Of a DNA stretch of 64,000 bases, positions 53,701-64,000 are shown one piece after another. Both the position numbers and the translations under genes were made by a program. Positions within the stretch are counted from its first letter, which is position 1, and every line of letters begins with the position of its first letter. Origin of the DNA: Tubiluchus corallicola (lineage: Eukaryota; Animalia; Priapulida); the NCBI GenBank assembly GCA_030141605.1, contig JAQGDQ010000024.1, positions 434,001 to 498,000 of the forward strand. The letters run 5' to 3'. The notes below the pieces were generated by a model. It did no database searches. It saw only the letters and a list, made by a program, of their open reading frames with translations, and was not told the origin of the DNA.

Positions 53701-56700
53701 TCTTCACGATGAATTAATTACTTATGCTGCATGAAATTATGTATTAGGATGCAAGGATTCTAAGTACTAACTGCCTACAATGAGGACTAATTTGCGTAAG
53801 ACTACAGCTTTAAAAGCTTTAACAGATTAAAACTTTCAAATCAGAAGACAATTTGAAAACTTTACCTCTTTTTCTTTGTGAGTAGAGTGATTTTTCCGGG
53901 CAATTTATTTGTGAAAGTACGAGCATATTTTTTGAATAAATTTTATAAACTAGTCATTTATTTTCTATACTTTTACTTGGGCCATATACTTAACCTAGTT
54001 GTATACTTCCATACTCTCATACTGACAACCTATTCCGAAAATAGAACCATTGTAAGTCCACTTGCTTACAAAGTCAGTCATGTACAAAATTAGGTAAGAA
54101 CGTGGACTTATATATTTTTTAGTCGCAGTAGATCAATTTCTTTTAAATCATGTTTTATGTATGCTTCGTAATGAATTGGTTGAATTATTTAGTTATATAG
54201 TATTCATTTTGTAAGAGCATTTATTTAACATAATCTATTTATTTCCACAGAAAGTTTTTCAGTTTCAGGATTTGGTAACTAATTGCAGGGATCAGATTAT
54301 TTGAATTTAAACATTTGATATTTAACACTGTTACAATGAGTCAGGTCAACTTGTGTTGTATGGGCTGTAAAAAGGCTAGTAAAACGTGCTAATTCTTAAT
54401 TTCTGATAGTGTTAAATACAATCAGGTTGCTGTAGCTTTATTGAGTTAGTTCCTGTTGTTGGCTTGTAAGATAAATATTTTAATGGTTGTTTTGTGAGTA
54501 AAACAATTTGTTTATGCATTTAGTATTTACAATACATGTACTATATTCAAAGTGTAGACGGTTTGCACAGGCTCATAAAATAATTAGTTTAAACTGTGGC
54601 TATAGCTCAACAAGCTTGAAACTATACATGGTGTGCTGTATGGAAGCCATTTTGCTGTGGCGCACTTTTGTTGACTGCTGTAGCCTGTGAAGCCATTAGC
54701 TGATGATGTCATCAGAGACTGATGCTGGTGTGCAGAAGTCCTAGAGAGAGAGAAGGCTGGAACTCTGATCGATATCATATTGATTGTTTGACCAAGGAAA
54801 CAGAAGCAGCATTCGTTTACAATGGAATAATAAACTTTGTATATATACATGTGATGATCTTACATTTGCAACTCCAAATGACAATGAAAATCTGTAGGCA
54901 TCAGGCTTGCTGACAGGTGTTGAGCTCTTAAGAAAATGTAGCAGAAAATGAACCTGAGAAACAGTTTTGACACAGTTCAGTGGAAAGAGTCCTGATATGT
55001 AATGCATTAGGTATCACCTTTAAATTTCATTAAATGTGCCATAAATTACTTCAGCTAAACAATTTAAGAATCACTTTTTAATCAGAGATTTAAATTCTGT
55101 AATATTAACACTTGTGAAATTATGAGGAAGCTTTCTTTCTTAATTGAATCGATGAACCCACAGTTTTGGTGAGAAGCCTTACAGATTGTTGTTTTTAATT
55201 CTTTCTAAAAAGGTTTTTATTTTGTTTTAATTCTTTCTAGAGGAATTTTATTGCTTATCTGGTTGACCTTCATATTTAATAAATCTGACAAACTTTATAG
55301 CCTCATCAAATTTTATGAAAGCATCACTTTTACAGCTTGCTCACTTTTTAGTTTTAAAAGAATCTTTTGACAGCACATAGATATCGCTGTGATTCAGTGC
55401 TTAACAAATGCCTCTTTTCGTGGAAGGATCATTATACTCTGATGCTTAGTTATTCACCCACAGCAAAAGACTTCCCAAGCTCTACTAGGTGTTGACTTAA
55501 ATCAAATTGTACTTAGGAATCTAGATACCGTAACTAGATACCTTTATGGCGTTGAAGTGAACTGAAGTAATTAGTAGACTCTTCCTTGCGTTGTTTAACC
55601 GGTAAAGAACGTGGCATCTGTTATGCTTTTCAGACTGGTGATATAGTAGATGCAATAGAAGTTTGGAGCTTTCTAGTTTGCGCTTTTTAAGAAAACTTGA
55701 GATTAAGAGTTTGTGAAAGCGAGCATCCTCTGATATCATACCTTCAATGTCAGTTATATTACTTATGTCATTCCTGTTAATACATGCACGATGTCTGGAG
55801 GTGCTGCGGTGCTTTTGAAGTGTTGTGATATGAAAAAAACTAATTTTGTTTTAATAAAGCAAAGCTCACCTCTTAGCCAGAGTCTTTGGTGTTTCTCTTG
55901 GATAGATGGATGCATTAAAATCAAAAACATGGATGCATCCTTGATGCTTTCAAGCTATTTTACCAGTCATTGGATTATCTTGGCCTAGGTGCTACATGAC
56001 GTACAGCATGTCAGGTGTTTTTTGCGGCTGGTAACTTATTTCTCTTCATACAAAAATATCCTCCTTTAGTTTGGTAGAGCCCGGCTCAAATTGTCTCTAC
56101 GCTTTTTCATTAACTGCTAAGTTTTCCTCTTCTAACAGAAAACTGATTTAAACTCAAACAAGTGTCGATTCCACGTGATTCCTTAGAGCAACCGTGGTGC
56201 ACATACTCTTATTGTCCCAGCCACTCCTTGTTAGTGAAATTGCTACATTTCTTCTACTAATTGTTGTGATGAAAGGAAGGCAATTGATAAAAAAAAGGAA
56301 AAAATATATAACCAAATATGTACTGAGAAAGAAAAGTGTAGTTATTAATGTTTTAATTAATACATTGTATTTATTTTTGTGTGGCTAAAATAGGTAAGAT
56401 AAAATTACTAAAGATATAATTACGTAAGGACAAGTTACTGATTCGTAACATAATGTACAAGGTACTGAGTGGAATATGTTACTAACTGTTTGCATTAATT
56501 ATTGTTTAGAAAACGCTTAAAACACCAGAAATCTAAGTCTAAAAGTGGAGAAGCAAATTACCACAGTTTCTGCACGCGAAATAGTGAGCACTCGATGTCT
56601 CCTTGCCAGTTTTGTCACTTGATGTTCCATAGATCATTCCCAAACTCTAATCATTTTTAAAGCATGCTAATTGTTCGTGAAGAATTCGTGATACAACACC

Positions 56701-59700
56701 TTCTGATTATAATACCAGAAAGTGTACAACAGGAATTCTTCAGGAACAATTACAAGATCATAAGGCAGTGAGTCACTGCGTCAGAGGTAAAGCTCGCGCT
56801 GTGATTTCAGCATTGGAATTGTAAGGCTGTAGAGTTCTCCATAGAACGATTAATTACATTCCTTAACAGAAATACAGTTACATTGCCACTCCACATTAGT
56901 ACAGGTGTCAGTCTACATTAGTACAGGTGTTGCTAGATAGTAGCAGATGACTATGTACGTAAGTTGTATGAAATTTTATGCTGGCCAATTCACCAAAGCC
57001 ACTGAATGTTACACTGTAACTGATACCTTTCTATATTTAAATACCGTGTAATTGTAATTTCTGTGCAGTCAACAGTTGGCTGATGTAATTGATAACTTAA
57101 ACAAATAGCAAAGCTGTGACATTGTGTAATCTCCATCGCTTGACTCCATTTATGCAGCTAATGACCGAGTTTGAAATTATTTAAAATTTCCATTAACTTT
57201 GAAAGACAGAAAGTGTGTTGACGTTTTCAGAAAAGTGTGTTGCACATCTGCTAGATGTCTAACGTCGTGCTTTTATATTTTGACATTAAATTACAAAGTA
57301 TTGTTATACGAGTTTTTCAAACAGGCCGTGACAACTTACAAGCTACACAATTGACCAAGTTTGTTGTTTCACTAATATTCGAAGTAAGACATTTTGAGCC
57401 GTAAACCTCAAGTCGCACACCGGGCCTGGTGCTGCCCAAGGCAAGGCCCCTTCAAAAGTCTTTGAATGGCCTTGGTGCTGCCCGAGAAGCAACTGTTTCT
57501 GGTTAATTGGCTGAAATCTTCTTGAAAAAATAATCATCAGCCGACGTTGATACATCAGTTAGAAGTCAGAAACTTTCAGACCGATTGTATACACATTTTT
57601 GTTTTGACTCTAAACATCATTCGTCCAATGCTACCGGGCATACGTTACAAAATATTACTTGATTTAATATTTGGCTTCACCGCGCGCCTGTAGCTATATA
57701 ACAGGTAAGTTCGTTTAAACTTAATGCTTGTAAACTGCTCGAAAAAATTGCATGCTTCGAATTCTTTGAATTTCCAGAATTGTTTTCGTTCAGCCGGTTA
57801 TGCCTGTTTTTCCCTTGAGACGTTTTTGCGACGCTTCTTTGAAACTATCAATTTCCAGATTACATTGGCTTGAAGCCGAGTTTCGCTAGACTGTCTCGGT
57901 TGTATCAGTGTTGAACGATTAATGTTTGTCGGTCATGTTCCTGAAATGACATTCACTAATTACTGTGCTTAATTTAGTTCCGCCTCTGTGTTTCCTTGGA
58001 TCTTGGGTCTTTTTGATTTCTTTCGCTTTGCTCCCTGGTGCGTTAAACCAGTTGGCTCTTAGTAATAATATTCAAATGCTTGCTGGGTTGTCAGGTTCAT
58101 TGAAAATATTGTCTTCCCCACAGTTTTTAATCCAGCCAAATCCTAACTTTAGTTCAGTCTGTAAACAAACGGTGTTATGACGGATATTTTTGATAATATT
58201 TTGACTGTTCCCAATTTGACCTATGAAAGATCATGCAAAGATCAACACTCAGAAGTAATTATTACGTGCAAGTATAAAATGGATGGTAGGCTTACTAAAT
58301 TGGTACTTTTAATTCCGTGAAAGTCTTCATTTTCAGGCTGTTATTTGGCTGTGAAGTTGATGATAATACGAAGGAAAACGGTTTATATTAATTTTTCAGC
58401 AGTTCGTGAAATTTTGACTCTGATAAATTTTGGTCTATTATGTGCAAAGCTTAGCATGCATATAATTGCTTTTTCACAAACAAGAAGGAACAGTTATTGT
58501 TTAATACTTTCTTTGAAATACATGTACTGTACTTTACGAAGTCAGAGAAGAGAAACCTGACTGAGATGTTTCAGGTTTTGCCGTAATTACCAGACGGCAA
58601 TCATTTTTTTATAAAACGCCTTCAACCACGATCATCTGCGTATGGTGGTCTGTCATGCATAGCTTATGTAGCCACCTGTTTTTCGTTATCATCTTGCGTA
58701 TGTCACAGTATACAATTAATGCTTTAATATATTAGCCAAATCTCACTTCGCTCGTGGAAATCCTCTCTTCGTCCTGTATTTTGGCTGTAAATTCAGTGCT
58801 GAAGTATAGTAATTTTTCTTCTTCACCCTGCGTGGATTGGATACCCGACTTATCAACAACCCCTACTGTGTTGATGCTGTACGTCGGATGCTAAGATAAT
58901 CCTTTCCAGCTGTATCAATCGTATTTTTATCTCGAGCCACATAAACTGTTTAGACGCTTGAAGTCAGAGTAAAGCAAAGATGGTTGGTGAACACATTTGA
59001 CATGGTTCGTTACATTATGAACCTGACAGACTTCGTGTTAAGTTAAATTAGGAACTTGCTCTCCCAGTTTAAGGCGACGGTGTAAGTTCTGACTTTGCTG
59101 AGCGATTGAAAACATAATTGCAGCTATTTTTACAAGCCTGACAGGACGATGGTAACAATTTTAGATTATGTAACATAGACCTTTGAAACAACTTTAAGTA
59201 AGTACTTGCCTTAATCGACCTTTTACTTGATTTAAATGTAAGACATCGTTACTAACTAAATTTACGTTAAGAGATCCGCTGCGTATTAAATTCTTGTTCC
59301 TCTAAAATGAACCAATGTGTAGGTTGTGAAGGTCAGAAGAAACCAGTCCTACTTGTAAAAAATTGTATTATGCGCGTTTGCCTGAAACACGTTTATAAAG
59401 TGGGCGCAGAGTGTATGTCACCGTGTGTGTTAAAGTTATGTGCCTGTTTTTATGATTTGAGAACGAAATTCATTAGCCGAGAATGTAGAGGTTTTTCACT
59501 TTGTTTTTGTCGCTATTAAATTAACCGGATCTTCCGCGTAAACAGCGCCAGAGAATCTGTGACAACATGCATGAAGCCATCTGCCCGACGCGATCAGGGC
59601 ATGATCTGGGTATGACTCACTCTAATGACATTGAGAACTTGAATACTCCAGGATAGGCTCATTGCTGTACGCACATCAGGGTAATGTTTGAAGCTTGCGT

Positions 59701-60618
59701 CGTGATTCAGACGGTATAGCGCAATCACAACTACTTTTCTGACTTTATTAATCTTATTAAAGGCTTAAAAATTCATTGGCTTAAATTCATTAGTCTGGTA
59801 GTTTTGAATCATTAGCATTGTTGACGTTGTAGTCTAATAAAGAAGGTAAAAATGAATTGTACTATTGAAGTTAGTTAGGTACACTTCAACTTGTGTTTAA
59901 ACTGCAGTATTGCATATTTGCCAAGGTACAATTCAACTTGTGTTTATACTACACATATGCCAATTCAGGCTTTGCTACATAATATTTGAAACTCTGTCTC
60001 GTGTTTATATTACAGAGCTATCGCGATCACGTGCGCTGCAAGCCTCTGTTATTGGACAACCACGCTACGCCCTAACTCAGCTCCACATTTAATATTGCTG
60101 TATAAATCAATACTTAGCTCGATATTCAGACTCAGGGCGCTCGTTATTTACTCAGGCGTCATAAAAACAGACTAGCACGCCATTCTCCATTCTATAGCTT
60201 GATAAAAAAGAACCCTGTAGATAGGCTGCACCAAAATATATTAATCTACGCCAAGAAATTCTAGCTGTTCAAATGAAATGTACAAATACCAGTTGTAGTC
60301 AGCAGTGGTATTATTATAAGTAATACATCATAGTGATCAGGAATTTATTTTTCTTGTGAAGCACTTGACGGAGTCTTTTAACTAAAGTACTATAAGTGTT
60401 TGATAATCTTAAGAGATAGCTAAAAAACTGTTTTGTTTCATGCTGGTATTAAAACTGTAGTTAACGTATGTTTAGCATATATTTAAAATACGACAGTAAA
60501 TATGTTCTTGCTTTATTTTAGATTACAGACAGAAATTAAAGATTGTCGCTATCATCAATCATGTGACAGTTACCTTAAGCTGAGGAACTGAGGTCACTAA
60601 TATCTGGTGACATTTTCG

Positions 60619-60833
60619 ATGGCTGCAGATGTGGTTGTTGAGGGTACCAAACAGCAGGGTGCTCTGCTTCAGTTGAGTAGTCCAGCTGAACCGGACTGCA
60701 ACTTCAACCATAGTCCAGACATGCAACCCAGCAGAAAAAAACGGACAGTGTTTGCAGCTAGTGATAAGGTGGACGTGGTCCAGAGTGTAATGTCCAATAC
60801 AGACTCACTTCAAGATAGTCCTAGTGACATAAG
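60619..60833 (+). CDS. SCHIP1-like gene, first coding exon (acceptor at 60521)
   Basis: MAADVVVEGTKQQG...DSPSDI then ag|gtaatt. Confidence 0.75.
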
Positions 60834-63800
60834 GTAATTAATTAACAATTAACTCCAATTAACTAGTGGTTACATTATTAAATATTTTTGTTGATTTGTA
60901 TTAAACAGTAATTGTGTATCAAAAAATTTTGCTTAAAATTTAGCCAAGTATGTGATATGTCATATGATGTTACACAGAGATTACACAATTATATTTTAAT
61001 TATTTGTTGCTTAAAAATGTCACATTTATATCATCTTACCAGACATGGCATTGTTGATACTAGAAGCCTGAACATTACTTTGTTTTTTACTGTGTAAAAG
61101 TTGAAATGTCCATGGCTGTTCCATTATGTACTCCCAGTAATTAGCTGTAAATTTTAGAAAGCATCTACATAATAAAAGTTCAGCTCGTGCCACGCATAGA
61201 GTTGTACTGATGTCCCGATGTTATGCTGGAGAGTTTGTCGTTAATTTCACAAACACATTGTTTAATGTGCCATGGCGTCAAGCCAACTTTTACGCTTTGC
61301 ATCTCATTATCATAATTTGGTTATTCTTGCGAATGCGCATAATGAACCCTTCCAAGAATTAATAACATAAGTATTAGTGGCGCTATCCGTATCATCATCG
61401 GAACTTTAGAAATTAGATTTACTAGATGTAGCCAGGCATTTTAACATGTCTGATGTGTAACTGCGTTGATATATTGGAGATGTGCAACCCGCTTTGAGTT
61501 TCTCGGAAAGTGGAGCATAATGTATTAGCCGTAGTAAAAACTGACCAATTTCACACAAATTGACGTCAGTTTGTGGCAGTTTGAACTCTGCGCAGAGTCA
61601 CTGTTCTGTCCTGGATTCATTTTTACTGTTTCTTGGTTGGTTTTGGTCGGAACATTTCTTTACATATCAGTCTATACAACAAACTTGCTCATGCAGAGAA
61701 GTGAGAAGTAAAAGTTTTGGTAAATGATATGAGTGGAAACAGTTTACTTGCACACTTGACAGTTCAAATTTGTAGTCTGCTAGATTGTGCAAGCAGTGTT
61801 CGGACTATTCATAAATGACTGTAACAAAAATCTTGTTTGTGCCAGGTTTTCCATCGCAGATGTGTAATTGTGTATGGAAGTGTTACTTAAAATGTTTTAG
61901 GATCTAGAGTGCATATGTAAAATCATGTATTTGTACACGTTATAGATTAATCCTGGACTATGTAGGAGTAACTGACGGCATACCAGAATTCTTGCCAGCC
62001 ACCAATCCAGACATGTATCGGGATCTAGCAATGAAATTTGATGCAAACCTGGCCGAACTTGACATGGAAACTTTTCGGACAGGTATAAATTTAAGTTATT
62101 TTAGCAATAAAATTATGGGATGTTAAACATACAATATGAGTAGCTTGGTCGTGATAAAATGAAATATGAATTTATAATGAAATTTACAAAGAAGTGCTTA
62201 AAACATTCGACATTAAACTTGCAGTGGAAAATATTTTATTAATTAAAAGATCTTGATTTTTGGAGTTATTTAGGAGCATTGCTGCAGTCGTGTGATTTTG
62301 TTTCCTTCTGTGTTACTACTGGTATTGTAAAGAACGTCTAAATATCTAAATAGTGATAAATATTAAAGTCTCTTTTAAAAATGTACCACTAACAAAGCAC
62401 ACACATTTGTGTGTGAGTAGTTGCCGTCATTTGATCCTGCTTGAATTATTTTAAGTCTGTGTTTTTTTGGGGGAGGTTAATTTTATTAAAGCACAATTTA
62501 ATTGAAAGCTAGTCATTGTGTACCATACTTTGGTCAAGGCTTGATAGGTTAACAATACTTAAAACACAATTTTAGCAGAAGCTTAGCATTAGTAGCACAG
62601 AGCAGGCAGACAAAAGCAGAGTGTGATTTCTATGGTGAAATTTTGACAGTACTTATGCAAATGTTATGGTGCCTAGTTAATTTAAAAAGTTTCCATATTA
62701 TTGAATTTAAAGCCAACTTTATTTTTGCAGAGGACATTAATGCTGTTCTTCGGCCTGGTTTATACGACAATGGCTTTGAAGACCTACAAGATCTTGGAGG
62801 TGGTGAAGATCTATCACCTACTGATTCCAGCTTATACAAATTTGACCTTTGTGCTAGTCTACAATGCTCGGATTCTATTGACATGTCTATCAGCCGCAGT
62901 CAGTTACAGTTCTCACCTGTTGCATATGATGACCCACTGCCACCGGTGGCCTGTTCGACCGACTCTCTTGATCGTAGTTCTTTAGGAGAGAGAGTGATGC
63001 AAGCATGCCAAGCCCATAAGAGCAATTACATGCTGGCATTCGCTGACAGCGTGCGAGGATCAGGTAGTGAAGCGGAATTCGCCGGAAACCGTTCTTCTGA
63101 AAATTGGACCACTTGGTTGACTAATGCAAAGGTGTCTTTACCCGGCAGTGAGGGTTCATCGAAAGGATCAAGTATGCAGACGTCAGAGAGCGGTGGATCG
63201 AGGATATCTAGTCTTTGTAAAATTACTGAACCAGAACTCAATTCTGCTGTGTCATCTGGTAACAACAACCATGTGTTACAGTCAGTTTCCGAGTCAGACA
63301 ACTGTGATAAAGCAAAGAGGGAGAAATCTCTCAAACAAAAACTGTTTTCGCTTAACAAAGGTGATCGTTTTATGGTTACAACTTGGAGCCAGGTGAAAAG
63401 TAAATCATCGCCAACCAGCGAGACACCTGCTGTTACAAATGAACAGCTGAAGAGTAGAAGCATGCCCGAGTTGAGCAAAATGCCTTGGGGTAGCCAGCTC
63501 TTAGCCAAAGACCTCATTTCTTCTGTTCATGAAACACTGTCTTCAAACAAAATATCTAGTCATACGTTACCTGTGTACAGTGTAAAAAATAATAGTAGTT
63601 CTTTGGATGGCAAGTCACAGGATTTGCAAAATTTTACATTAGGTAAAATATTCCAAGCAGCTCGGAGTTCTAAGGAGACATCTAACTCTCCTCATTCTCA
63701 AACAGATCATGCTGCAAGTGTAGAAACTCAAGCTAGTGATTTAGCTACCATTGAATTTTTGTCAAAAGCTGCTCTAGAAGATGGCCGCATTCGTAGCCTT

Positions 63801-64000
63801 ATCAGAAACCTGTCATGTTCTCAAGAATGTGACAAGATTGGGAAAAAACAATTAGTTGTACAAGATCAACGTTTCAAGAAAACTATTTTTGGCTCGCCAG
63901 GCTTTGAAACTGGGTGCGATTCTATCGAGCCTGGGAGGCTACAGGAAACAATTAACTCTTGTACGATGAAATTAGAAAAGAGTTGGAAAGGACCATCCCA
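60619..64000 (+). CDS. 5' part of a large Ser-rich protein, probably schwannomin-interacting protein 1-like; continues beyond the window
   Basis: join(60619-60833,61946-62082,62731->64000); in-frame TAA upstream of the ATG, phases consistent, last exon open for 1270 nt. Motifs NLAELDMETFRTEDI, QFSPV, STDSLD, CQAHKSNYMLAF, TTWSQVK, SRSMPEL resemble recalled invertebrate SCHIP1 N-termini; the diagnostic C-terminal domain is outside the window. The gene model is more certain than the name. Confidence 0.7.
61946..62082 (+). CDS. SCHIP1-like gene exon
   Basis: tatag|ATTAAT...GGACAG|gtataa; LILDYVGVTDGIPEFLPATNPDMYRDLAMKFDANLAELDMETFRT. Confidence 0.8.
62731..64000 (+). CDS. SCHIP1-like gene large exon (truncated by window end)
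   Basis: tttgcag|AGGACA; DINAVLRPGLYDNGFEDLQ...; no stop codon to the end of the window. Confidence 0.88.

Noticed and set aside
57720-58180. Minus-strand frame that looked like a decayed gene, and a hydrophobic plus-strand ORF
   Set aside because: Several stops, no recognisable motifs, and no convincing splice structure.
63026-63517. 163-aa minus-strand ORF
   Set aside because: Antisense shadow of the large plus-strand coding exon.

Overview
AT-rich metazoan genomic DNA with spliceosomal introns; no prokaryotic features. I reconstructed four protein-coding genes by hand from GT-AG boundaries and reading-frame phase. (1) The 3' half of a short-class coronin (+, 7 exons, 711-5294). (2) A complete pyruvate kinase (-, 11 shared exons 10852-24593) with four candidate alternative ATG-bearing first exons between 25.4 and 31.4 kb. 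(3) AP-4 complex subunit epsilon (-, 15 coding exons 35090-46053, about 834 aa), which appears to lack the C-terminal ear. (4) The 5' part of a probable SCHIP1-like gene (+, from 60619, running off the window). Introns and intergenic DNA carry hAT-like and PIF/Harbinger-like MITEs, LINE remnants, a 5S-rRNA-like SINE candidate and long CT/GA microsatellites. The most unusual structures are a roughly 300-bp, 96%-identical inverted duplication inside AP4E1 that could base-pair over an exon's 5' splice site and loop out two in-frame exons, and the four-way N-terminal switch of pyruvate kinase. All gene identities come from recalled motifs, not database searches. I see no evidence for a wholly new gene system.
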